DNA from: Dehalococcoidia bacterium
Lineage (GTDB): Bacteria; Chloroflexota; Dehalococcoidia; Lucifugimonadales; UBA3495
Length of the DNA stretch: 64,000 nucleotides
Direction: 5' to 3'
Assembly: GCA_965199995.1 (NCBI GenBank)
Contig: OZ241328.1
Location: 1,143,724-1,207,723 of the forward strand
Below the pieces are notes generated by a model, which worked only from the letters and a program-made list of their open reading frames with translations, had not been told where the DNA came from and ran no database searches. Made by a program: the position numbers and the translations under genes. Positions 29,547 through 38,122 of the stretch are shown here, piece by piece; position 1 is the first letter of the stretch, and the number at the start of each line of letters is the position of its first letter.

Positions 29547-30575
29547 ATGCGCGTAGCGATGTATTACAACAATAACGACGTGCGCCTCGAAGAGTTGCCG
29601 CAGCCGGAGATTGGCCCCGGCGAAATGCTGCTGAAGATAGAAGCCAGCGGCATCTGCGGCAGCGATGTTATGGAGTGGTATCGAATTCAGCGCGCCCCGG
29701 TGGTGCTGGGCCACGAAGTCGCTGGAACGGTGGCTCAGGTGGGCGCGGGCGTTACTCAGTTTCAGGAGGGCGACCGGCTGGTGGTCACCCATCACGTGCC
29801 CTGCAACGCCTGCCGATACTGCCTGAGCGGCCGCCACACCGTCTGCGACACGCTGCGGGCGACTAACTACGACCCGGGGGGATTCTGCGAGTACGTCCGT
29901 CTGCCGGCTATTAACGTGGACCGCGGCGCCCTTTCCATCCCCGACGGCGTGTCCTTTGACGCGGCTTCGGTGGCCGAGCCGCTGGCCTGCGTCTACCGGG
30001 GACAGCGGCGGGCCCACATCCAGCCGGGTCAGTCTGTGCTGGTGCTGGGCAGCGGCCTTGCTGGGCTGCTTCACATAAACTTGGCTCGCGCCGTTGGGGC
30101 CGGCCGCATCGTATCTACCGACCTTTCCGGCTTTCGCTTGGCGGCGGCTAGGAGGTTTGGCGCGGATGTCACTATACGGGCCGACGAATTCACCCCCCAG
30201 GTCTTGCGCGACGTCAATGACGGGCGTTTGGCTGACCTGGTCATCGTAGCCACCGGCGCCCGCCCCGCCCTGCTACAGGCACTGGAATCAGTGGATCGCG
30301 ACGGTACAGTCCTGTTCTATGCCCCCACCGAACCGGGCGTGGAGATTCCCGTTTCCGTTAACGATGTCTTCTTTCGCAACGGCGCAACGCTCACCACTAC
30401 CTACGCCGCCGCCCCGGGCGACCTTACTACAGCCTTAGACCTTATCGCCTCCGGCCGGGTGCAGGTTGGCGAGATGATTTCCCACCGCTTGCCCCTGGAA
30501 GAGACCGGTCTGGGATTCAGCTTGACGGCAGGCGCATCAGAATCGCTAAAGGTGGTGATAGAGCCGCAGCGCTAG
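29547..30575 (+). CDS. Zinc-dependent alcohol/polyol dehydrogenase
   Basis: GICGSD, GHEVAG, CNACRYC...C, EPLAC. Confidence 0.92.
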   Translation: MRVAMYYNNNDVRLEELPQPEIGPGEMLLKIEASGICGSDVMEWYRIQRAPVVLGHEVAGTVAQVGAGVTQFQEGDRLVVTHHVPCNACRYCLSGRHTVCDTLRATNYDPGGFCEYVRLPAINVDRGALSIPDGVSFDAASVAEPLACVYRGQRRAHIQPGQSVLVLGSGLAGLLHINLARAVGAGRIVSTDLSGFRLAAARRFGADVTIRADEFTPQVLRDVNDGRLADLVIVATGARPALLQALESVDRDGTVLFYAPTEPGVEIPVSVNDVFFRNGATLTTTYAAAPGDLTTALDLIASGRVQVGEMISHRLPLEETGLGFSLTAGASESLKVVIEPQR

Positions 30576-30595
30576 AGGCGCCGGGCGGTGTTCGC

Positions 30596-30623
30596 TTGAC
30601 GCCCGCATCCTAACCTGTACAAT
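30596..30623 (+). promoter_or_regulatory. Putative sigma70 promoter of the LLM gene
   Basis: TTGACG-N16-TACAAT. Confidence 0.6.
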
Positions 30624-30676
30624 CAACCGCACTTAGCAGGCAACCGCCCTTATCAGGCGCTATGGTGGAGGTCGCG

Positions 30677-31720
30677 ATGGAACTCGGACTGTTCCTGGAA
30701 TTTCCGGTACGGGAAGGCTCCAATGAGAACGAGGCTTTCAAAGAATCCTTTGCCCTGATTCAGCAGGCAGAAGACTTGGGCGTCCCGTCGGTTTGGATGG
30801 CCGAATACCACTTCAACCCCGGCCGCGTGCTTGCCAGCCCCGTTACTATCCTGAGCGCCATCGCGGGCCGCACGCAGCGCATCCGGCTGGGCACGGCGGT
30901 GCTGTTATTGCCGCTGGCCAACCCGGTGCGAGTAGCCGAAGAGATCGCCACCCTCGACCAAATCAGCGACGGGCGCGTCGAGTTCGGCATTGGGCGCGGT
31001 ACTTTCCCTAACGTGCATGAAGGGTTCGGGGTGCCTTTTGCCGAAAGCCGGGGCCGCTTCGAGGAATGCGTTGAAATTATCCTAAAGGCCTGGACTACCG
31101 AGACTTTTTCCTTCGAGGGTGAGCATTTTAATATCCCGGAGATTTCCGTGAACCCCAAGCCCTTCCAGCAGCCGCACCCGCCCATTCGGGTGGGAGTGAC
31201 TTCCGCCGAAAGCTTTTCCATCCTGGGTCGGATGGGCTACGACATCCTCATCAACCCGTCGAGGGTATTTACGCTGGCGGAGTTGAAGCCTTCGATCCAG
31301 GCGTACCGGGAGGCTTGGAGGGGGGCAGGCCACGAAAGCGTGGGGAAGGTCGGCCTGCGGATACCCGTCTACCTCTCCCACGATGCCCAAAAGGCCCACG
31401 ATGAGCCGATGGAAAGCGCCCTGTTCTCCATGGGCCGACTCTCGGATAGAGTCGCCAGCTACGCCGGTCACGCCGGAACCTTGGGCGACTGGGGCGCGCA
31501 GGCCGAGCGAGTTCGAGGCATGACCTACGACGATTGGCTGCGCGACAAAGTGGCCTACGGCACGCCGGAGGCGGTCAGCGAAAAGTTGAATTGGCTAGGC
31601 GAAGAGCTGGGGCTGGACCAAGTGATGTTCGAGATCAACTTCGGCAACCTGATTCCTTTGGAGAATCAGGCCAGCAGCCTCCATCTGATGATGGAGGAAG
31701 TGGCTCCTAACCTAGCCTAG
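30677..31720 (+). CDS. Luciferase-like (LLM) flavin-dependent oxidoreductase
   Basis: VWMAEYHF, IRLGTAV, RVAEEIATLD..S.GRVEFGIGRG, PKPFQQPHPPI. Confidence 0.93.
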   Translation: MELGLFLEFPVREGSNENEAFKESFALIQQAEDLGVPSVWMAEYHFNPGRVLASPVTILSAIAGRTQRIRLGTAVLLLPLANPVRVAEEIATLDQISDGRVEFGIGRGTFPNVHEGFGVPFAESRGRFEECVEIILKAWTTETFSFEGEHFNIPEISVNPKPFQQPHPPIRVGVTSAESFSILGRMGYDILINPSRVFTLAELKPSIQAYREAWRGAGHESVGKVGLRIPVYLSHDAQKAHDEPMESALFSMGRLSDRVASYAGHAGTLGDWGAQAERVRGMTYDDWLRDKVAYGTPEAVSEKLNWLGEELGLDQVMFEINFGNLIPLENQASSLHLMMEEVAPNLA

Positions 31721-31818
31721 TCCGTAGAATCGCATTAACCGGGCGCGTCAAGGCAGATGGGCGCTTTGGCGCTAGTAACGGCTCTCTCCCAAAGGGTAAA
31801 TCTCGAGAGGAAGGCGAA

Positions 31819-32064
31819 ATGAGTTGCGAAGCGTTTGAGGCCGGGACCAAAGTGGAGGCATTAGCCGAGATTTCGGTGCGCGTGAGCATGGGTGCTCCGG
31901 TCGAAGGCGCCGGCCACACGATTCAGGTCGGCGACATCGGCGAAATCACCACCGTCCGCCGCACGGGAGCCGGCCTGCACTGGCTGGTTATCCGGTGGCA
32001 GCGGCTGGGCCGCACCTTCAACCTGAACCCCGACCAGTTTAACCTTGTGAAGATTGCCGATTAA
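31819..32064 (+). CDS. Small hypothetical protein, possibly an SH3-like beta barrel
   Basis: GAGGAAGG RBS; beta-strand pattern GTKV...GDIGEI...LVIRW. Confidence 0.6.
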   Translation: MSCEAFEAGTKVEALAEISVRVSMGAPVEGAGHTIQVGDIGEITTVRRTGAGLHWLVIRWQRLGRTFNLNPDQFNLVKIAD

Positions 32065-32072
32065 CTCCGGCT

Positions 32073-32510
32073 TTACCAGCGCATTCCGGGCTCACGTTCC
32101 TGAAGCACTTCCCCGAACAGGGTCAAAACCTGGTCTATCCGCAATACTACAATGGCTGCTCCTTCCATTTCGGGGTCGCTGATTAGCCCCGAATCGGCAA
32201 GGCGGCGGGTCATCTCGCCATAAACCTCGCCCTCCCGCTCCACAGTAGCCGTGCAGCGGAACTTCCACCCCACGTCCACGATAGCATTGCGGAACAGCAC
32301 GATAACCTTGGGGTTCTCTTCGATGTGCTCCAGCGGCTGTCGCCGCGTTCTGTCACGGTAAACGAAAGTCGAGTCATCCACGCACAGCACCGTGCCGATG
32401 TACCCGGCATTGGGCGCGCCGTCCGATGATGAGGTGGCTATGATGCAAGGGAACCCGTCATCCCTGGCGCGGTTGATGAGCCGCGTCATTTCTTCCGTTA
32501 GCTGTATCAC
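32073..32510 (-). CDS. Pyridoxamine 5'-phosphate oxidase-like (split-barrel) protein
   Basis: CIIATSSSDGAPN, HIEENPKVIVLF; GTG start with GAGG RBS. Confidence 0.75.
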   Translation of the reverse strand: MIQLTEEMTRLINRARDDGFPCIIATSSSDGAPNAGYIGTVLCVDDSTFVYRDRTRRQPLEHIEENPKVIVLFRNAIVDVGWKFRCTATVEREGEVYGEMTRRLADSGLISDPEMEGAAIVVLRIDQVLTLFGEVLQEREPGMRW

Positions 32511-32562
32511 GATATAACCTCGCTTTGGCCCTTTCCCCTGTTCGGGAAAGAGACGTATTACT

Positions 32563-33192
32563 TTATGCCCCGGCCGTTTGCTCCGCCGGACGCCGCAAGG
32601 GAACGCCAGTCTCCGAGGCTTCGATGGTGCGGCTGTCCAATTGCAAGCCGAAACCGTCGGCCAGGCGGGTGAGGTAGTTGAAGATACCCACGATGTACCC
32701 GACCTCCAGAAGCGCCCCATCGTCGAAGCCCAGATCGCGCAGCGGTTGCCAGTCGGCCTCCACCATCCGGGTGGGTGTCTCGCTGAGCTTCTCCGCCACT
32801 GCGCACAAGGCCCATTGCCTCGGAGTCAGGGTTGAAAGCTCGCGCCACTGCCTGCGGGTTACCGCTTCCACGATGGCCGGATCCCCGTCTTCCGAACGCA
32901 GAAACTCTGCGTGGGACACGGTTCAATACCGGCAGTCCTGAGCAGCGGCGGCCACTGCCGCCACCATCTCCCGCTCCTGACGGTCCAGCTCTCCGGGGCC
33001 GAACATAATTTGCCGGTACAGCGCTCCAAACAGCGGCCCAATTTCCTTCTGCCCGGCTTGTAGCCGCCCCATGGCGGGGAGGAAGCCGAAATCGTAATTG
33101 CCCGCCCGCGCGCCAGGCGGCAGGCCGGCGCGTTGTTCCTCTTCAGTGGGGATAGCCACCCATGCTTCCCTGGTAATCTCTTTACTGGACAT
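32563..33192 (-). CDS. AhpD/carboxymuconolactone-decarboxylase-family peroxidase; predicted selenoprotein of 209 aa (UGA=Sec at 32923-32925)
   Basis: Two track ORFs join in frame across TGA: REMVAAVAAAAQD-C-R-Y-U-TVSH, equivalent to CxxCxxxH; SECIS-like hairpin follows; tRNA-Sec in the window. Confidence 0.88.
32885..32922 (-). promoter_or_regulatory. Bacterial SECIS-like hairpin
   Basis: After UGA: A-CCGT-G-TCC-C-ACGCAGA-GTT-TCTGCGT-TC-GGA-AG-ACGG; apical G 18 nt downstream of UGA. Confidence 0.75.
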
Positions 33193-33230
33193 CCTTGCTT
33201 CTCCTGTGGCGTTCCCATTATTCTAATCCA

Positions 33231-34190
33231 ATGAAGCGGATACTGGTCACCGGCGCGGCAGGACAGCTAGGCTCTGAACTGATACCCGCCTTGCGCGAAC
33301 GCTACGGCAACGAGAACGTAGTCGCCGCCTGGCGGCGCACCCCTCTCACGGACGAAGTGGCGGATACCGGCCCGTCAACGCAACTTGACGTCACGGAACA
33401 GGAACCGATCGAGCGAACAATCCGAGGCTATGGGATAGACTCGTTATACCATCTTGGCTCGCTGCTGTCCGTGGCGGCGGAAGCCAATCGGCCTCTGGCC
33501 CACCAAGTCAACATAATCGGCCTGCTGAATGTATTGGAAGCCTCCTGCGAGGCCGGGTTGGAGAGGGTGATCATTCCCAGCTCCATCGCCGCCTTCGGGA
33601 TTGACACTCCCCACGACAACACCCCTAACGAGACGCTGCAACGTCCCACTTCACTGTACGGCATCTCCAAAGTTTTCGGCGAGCTGATGGGGAATTACTT
33701 CTTCGAGCGCGTGGGGCTGGACGTCCGCGGCGTGCGCCTTCCCGGCGTGGTGAGCTGGAAGGTGGAGCCGGGCGGAGGCACTACCGACTACGCCGTGGAC
33801 GCCTTCTATGGCGCAATCCGCAAAGGGCGCTACACTTGCTATCTACAGCCCGGCACCTATCTGCCGATGATGTATGTCCCCGACGCCATCAAGGCCCTCA
33901 TCGAGGTGGCCGAGGCCGACGCATCCCGCCTGAAACGCCATGCCGACTATAACGTCAACTCCATGAGCTTCGAGCCGGAAGAACTGGCGGCAGCTATCCG
34001 AAGGCGCGTTCCCCAATTCGTAATGGACTACGCGGTAGACCCGCTCCGCCAGTACATCGCCGATTCTTGGCCCAATTCCCTAGACGACACCGCAGCCCGC
34101 CAAGAGTGGGACTGGCGCCCCGACTATGGCCTGGAAGCTATGGTGGACGATATGCACGCGAACTTGTCCCGAAAGCTGTTGGGTCGATAG
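33231..34190 (+). CDS. NAD-dependent epimerase/dehydratase family protein, L-threonine 3-dehydrogenase-like
   Basis: ILVTGAAGQLG, PSSIAAFG, YGISK, PGGGTTDYAV, LPMMY.PD, IADSWP. Confidence 0.88.
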   Translation: MKRILVTGAAGQLGSELIPALRERYGNENVVAAWRRTPLTDEVADTGPSTQLDVTEQEPIERTIRGYGIDSLYHLGSLLSVAAEANRPLAHQVNIIGLLNVLEASCEAGLERVIIPSSIAAFGIDTPHDNTPNETLQRPTSLYGISKVFGELMGNYFFERVGLDVRGVRLPGVVSWKVEPGGGTTDYAVDAFYGAIRKGRYTCYLQPGTYLPMMYVPDAIKALIEVAEADASRLKRHADYNVNSMSFEPEELAAAIRRRVPQFVMDYAVDPLRQYIADSWPNSLDDTAARQEWDWRPDYGLEAMVDDMHANLSRKLLGR

Positions 34191-34238
34191 CTATGGGGGC
34201 GATTACCCGGTAGCGACGCCCCTGACTGCGGGATGCGG

Positions 34239-34829
34239 CTACTCGTAGGGTAATGTCCACGACTCCGAGAAAGCCAGCGCACAGGTGCTGTGGACGCGGA
34301 CGTCGCGTTGCCTAGGGAAGGGACGGCCCGGAGCCTGCTGGCCGTTGCGGGTGATGCGGGCGCCATTGGCCGGAATTAGCACCGTGCACACGCCGTGGGG
34401 CCGCTCCGTGTTGTTGCCCGGGAAGCTGTGGCTCATAAAAGGCTCGCCCAAGTCATACCAAGTCAAGGCAATTTCCTCGTCGTGGGCGCTGACCGCCTCG
34501 GTCCAGAAAGAGCGCAGGTCGCCCGAACTGCGGAAGCTGGCCTCCGTAGCCGGAATCTCCAGGTTTCCGAAGGTGGCGTTGATGCGTCCCTGGATTTCGC
34601 CCTGTAACCAGCGGGTCATTTGTATGTTGTCGGTATAGATGCGAGGCTCACCGCCGGTCAGCTCGCTTTGCAGGAACAGCACATGCCCAGGGCCGCCGGG
34701 AGAGAACAGTACGCGCCAGAAGCTGGCGTCGCTGGTGACCGGGCCATCGTCGGTCGCGCTCAGGCGGATGTAGGGGTTCTCTCCGGTGAGCAACAGGCGA
34801 TTGGGGTCAATAGGGCTCGCGGTAGACAT
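34239..34829 (-). CDS. Hypothetical protein
   Basis: GGAGGG RBS; 196-aa ORF filling the gap; no recognised motif. Confidence 0.7.
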   Translation of the reverse strand: MSTASPIDPNRLLLTGENPYIRLSATDDGPVTSDASFWRVLFSPGGPGHVLFLQSELTGGEPRIYTDNIQMTRWLQGEIQGRINATFGNLEIPATEASFRSSGDLRSFWTEAVSAHDEEIALTWYDLGEPFMSHSFPGNNTERPHGVCTVLIPANGARITRNGQQAPGRPFPRQRDVRVHSTCALAFSESWTLPYE

Positions 34830-34913
34830 GGTTCACCCTCCTTGGATTAGTCATTTCCTTTGTTTTGAGAAAGGGTGGGTAAACTTCCCAAGAATTGATG
34901 ATAACCCGGTTTG

Positions 34914-35663
34914 TTACTGGGCCGTAAGCCCGCCGTCGATGACCAGCTCGCTGCCGGTCATGAAGGATGCCTCATCGGAGGCGAGGAACAGCACGCCGTA
35001 GGCGATGTCCTCCGGCTGTCCGATGCGTCCCATGGGATGGCGGGCCGCGGCCGCATCCCGCCCGGATTCTGTATCCAGCATGATGGGCCGGGTCATCGGC
35101 GATTCAATGACTCCGGGATGCACCGAGTTACAGCGAATGCCGTCGCGGGCGTACTGAATCGCCGTAGACTTGGTAAGCAGCCGCACCGCGCCCTTGCTGG
35201 CGGTATAAGCCGAAGTCCGCCCGCCAACCAGCCCAGCAATGGACGATATGTTGACGATGGAGCCGCCGCCAGCCTCCCTAATCGCAGGTATAGCCGCCTT
35301 GGTTCCAAGAAACACGCCCTTGGCGTTGATGTCCATTACCAAGTCCCACTCGTCAGCGTTGGTGTCTTCCACGTTATTGATGCGAGCGATGCCCGCGTTG
35401 TTGACCAGAATATCCAGCTTGCCGAAGTTGCTGACGGCCGTTGCTACCGCGTCCGCCCACGCCGATTCGTCGGTGACATCGAGACGCACGAAGATGCCCT
35501 CGCCGCCGCTTTCGTTAATGGCGGCCTCCGTCTGTCGGCCCTCCTCTTCCAGCACATCGCCGATGACCACCTTGGCACCTTCCTGGGCAAACATCCGGGC
35601 CTCCGTCGCGCCCATGCCTCTAGCCCCGCCGCTAATCAGAGCAACCTTGCCTTCCAGTCTCAT
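34914..35663 (-). CDS. Short-chain dehydrogenase/reductase
   Basis: ISGGARGMG, NNAGI, YTASK, NSVHPG, IDGG. Confidence 0.95.
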   Translation of the reverse strand: MRLEGKVALISGGARGMGATEARMFAQEGAKVVIGDVLEEEGRQTEAAINESGGEGIFVRLDVTDESAWADAVATAVSNFGKLDILVNNAGIARINNVEDTNADEWDLVMDINAKGVFLGTKAAIPAIREAGGGSIVNISSIAGLVGGRTSAYTASKGAVRLLTKSTAIQYARDGIRCNSVHPGVIESPMTRPIMLDTESGRDAAAARHPMGRIGQPEDIAYGVLFLASDEASFMTGSELVIDGGLTAQ

Positions 35664-35948
35664 TGCCTGTACTCCTTATCGGCCCGAATTCCATAAAGTT
35701 TCAAGCCTATTGTAATGCTATTCCTACATCTCTGAAAATCAGTCAAGCTAATACCATGCCTCCTGCTATGAGCCACAGCCTAGAGGGCTCCTCTTAGTTC
35801 AGTAGCACTCAGTGGTCAATGATAAAGTCAAATTCGGACTCTGGGAGTGCAAATAGCCATAATTGTAGCGCAAAATCACACGTTTTGATGTTGATATATG
35901 CGCTCTGAGAAAATACAATAGCGCTATCCTATCCCATTGGAGGCTGAA

Positions 35949-37205
35949 ATGGACGCCAAGACCAAGATTATCAGGGTTCCCGGAACTTCCGACGACGCTC
36001 GATCCCGTGCCTCTGGCATAGCAGCCGATGCGAACCGCGAGGTTGTACCATTCCGTGTTTTTGAACAAGGAGACAGGACGATGCTATCCGGGGCGATTCC
36101 TGTCCGAGTGCTGGTTCGGGTACTCCAGTACAACGCCACAGACAAAGGAGTAGCTGCCCGACGAGCCTTGAACACCCGCAACCGTCCCGTGGCTAACGAC
36201 CATGTGAACGCGATTGCGGCATACCTATGGAGGGCTGTCCAAAGGGGAGAAAACTACATCATCCCGTCGCTTACCCTCAACTCCACCCGCACGGTAGAGG
36301 TTTTTGTGCCAGAGGGGGATTACACGCCGTTGACGGGATACGCCGTATTCCCCGATGAAGCCTCCATTCACATTACCGATGGGCAGCATCGCTATCTCGC
36401 AATCTGCCAAGTTGTCAACGAACTGCGCGGTACCCCTGCTGGGGAAAAATTCATGAGGGACAGCATTCCCGTGATGATGACCATCGAAAGTGGCTTGGAG
36501 CAGGTACACCAGGATTTCGCTGACGCAGGCAAGACTAAGCCGCTCCCCCCGTCGCTTCTGGCAGTTTACGACACCCGCCAGCCCGCCAATGCTGCCGTAA
36601 TGGCTATAGGGGAGCGAGTAAAACTCCTGAATGGCCGGATCGATGCGACTTCTTCCACTTTGAGCGTCAATTCGCCGTTTGTGTTTCTAGTCAATCAAGT
36701 GCGCCAGTTCGTCAAGTCTAGCTTGACCGGCAGCCCGACAGTCTCGGAAGCTTCCTTTGCCAGCCAAGCGGAAGCGGCAATGGCTAATCCCGAAGCGCGC
36801 GAGCGGTGGATCAAGTCGAGAGTGGCCTTCCTTAGCGTTATGACAGAAATCATTGACGACTGGAAGGAAATATCCGAGTTAGCCCCGCCCGGCGGCCCGG
36901 AAGGAGCGGAAGTGTTGTCGCGCACCAAGGCAATACGGTCGCAAAAGCGCGTCACGATGGCGGCGGCTTTTTTGAACACTCTAGGGGTAGTTTCCCACAA
37001 CGTACTTAAGGATGCTACCAATGACACGGTAGACCAAGCCAAACTCGAGGATACCCTTAGGGTCAAGCTGGAACCGTTTCGAAAAATCAATTGGGATAGG
37101 GATGATGATATGTGGGCCGGCAACTTGGTCGTTGACGGTAAGGTCAGGACACAAACGCCGGCGTTGAAAGCTGCTTCTGACAAGATGATGGCGTTGCTGA
37201 ACTAA
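35949..37205 (+). CDS. DGQHR-domain (DndB-like) protein
   Basis: NRPV...H...I..Y, ITDGQHRY, QDFAD; GGAGG RBS. Confidence 0.85.
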   Translation: MDAKTKIIRVPGTSDDARSRASGIAADANREVVPFRVFEQGDRTMLSGAIPVRVLVRVLQYNATDKGVAARRALNTRNRPVANDHVNAIAAYLWRAVQRGENYIIPSLTLNSTRTVEVFVPEGDYTPLTGYAVFPDEASIHITDGQHRYLAICQVVNELRGTPAGEKFMRDSIPVMMTIESGLEQVHQDFADAGKTKPLPPSLLAVYDTRQPANAAVMAIGERVKLLNGRIDATSSTLSVNSPFVFLVNQVRQFVKSSLTGSPTVSEASFASQAEAAMANPEARERWIKSRVAFLSVMTEIIDDWKEISELAPPGGPEGAEVLSRTKAIRSQKRVTMAAAFLNTLGVVSHNVLKDATNDTVDQAKLEDTLRVKLEPFRKINWDRDDDMWAGNLVVDGKVRTQTPALKAASDKMMALLN

Positions 37206-37285
37206 CCGTCGTACTCCGTCATCATAGTAGTGGTTGCTATAATGGCGACAATCCACCCAGCAAGCAACGCAGAAGGAGGCCCGCC

Positions 37286-37906
37286 ATGACTACCACCGCC
37301 AGCCGCTGGCGGCTCAAGGGCGAATACTTCGAGAGCTGCAACTGCGAAATTCTGTGTCCGTGTATCGTCCGGGGCACCAATATCGAACCCACCGATGGGC
37401 ATTGCGATGTGGCGCTGGCCTTTCATATCGAGGAAGGAGACCTCGACGGTGTGGCGCTGGCCGGTCTAAATTTCATCGCCTGCAACTTCACTCCCGGTCC
37501 CATGGCCGCAGGGGGTTGGACTTCCGCGATGTATATAGACGAGCGGGCCGACGCCAGCCAGCGGGCAGCGCTGGAGAGAATCCTGTCGGGCGACATGGGC
37601 GGCCCGGCGGAACGGTGGCGGGCGATGACTACCGACTTCCGGGGCTTCCACTTCGTTCCTATCGAATTCCGAGTTGAAGGCAAGGTGCACTCGGTCACCG
37701 TTCCGGGAGTGATGGACTTCTGCGTGGAGCCAATCCAGATTCCGGGACGCGACGACGCCATGCTCCTCTCCAACACCGGCCACGGCGTGAACCGAGACCT
37801 TTATCTCGCCAAGGGTGTGCGCGGAGAATACACAGACCATGGAATGATTTGGGACAACACAGGCAAAAACGGCCACTACGCCGCCTTTGAGTGGATCTGG
37901 CCGTAG
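37286..37906 (+). CDS. DUF1326 family Cys-rich protein
   Basis: W.LKGEYFESCNCEILCPC...PT.GHC, YIDERA...QR.ALE.I.SG..GG. Confidence 0.85.
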   Translation: MTTTASRWRLKGEYFESCNCEILCPCIVRGTNIEPTDGHCDVALAFHIEEGDLDGVALAGLNFIACNFTPGPMAAGGWTSAMYIDERADASQRAALERILSGDMGGPAERWRAMTTDFRGFHFVPIEFRVEGKVHSVTVPGVMDFCVEPIQIPGRDDAMLLSNTGHGVNRDLYLAKGVRGEYTDHGMIWDNTGKNGHYAAFEWIWP

Positions 37907-37930
37907 AGAGCCGCAACTCTGACTACTTGA

Positions 37931-37977
37931 GGGCCACAGGAGCTTTGGCCGGCTTCCTGTGGTCTTTGCCTTTGTTT
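37931..37977 (+). terminator. Intrinsic terminator after the DUF1326 gene
   Basis: GGCCACAGGA...TCCTGTGGTC stem followed by a T-rich tail. Confidence 0.65.
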
Positions 37978-38010
37978 CGCCGCCACAGCCGGTCATGGGG
38001 CTTGATGCCG

Positions 38011-38039
38011 TTGACACGAATTACTGTCATTCCTATAAT
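38011..38039 (+). promoter_or_regulatory. Consensus sigma70 promoter upstream of dctP
   Basis: TTGACA-N17-TATAAT, exact consensus. Confidence 0.85.
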
Positions 38040-38122
38040 CGCGCCTTAACTGCGGACAAATGCAATATCGATTGTCGATATGCCGCAGGAGAGAAAAGGT
38101 ATTCGGCAGAAGGAGCGTCGGA

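Noticed and set aside
35802-35853. CIRCE-like half-sites TAGCACTC ... GAGTGCAA
   Set aside because: The spacing is far longer than the required 9 nt, and no chaperone gene is adjacent.
480-37205. iscS plus DndB-like gene as a phosphorothioation system
   Set aside because: They are 34 kb apart, dndCDE is absent from the window, and iscS looks like a housekeeping gene.
35669-37217. GTACTCC on both sides of the DGQHR gene as a target-site duplication
   Set aside because: Only 7 bp, and the left copy is the SDR ribosome-binding site; chance is likely.
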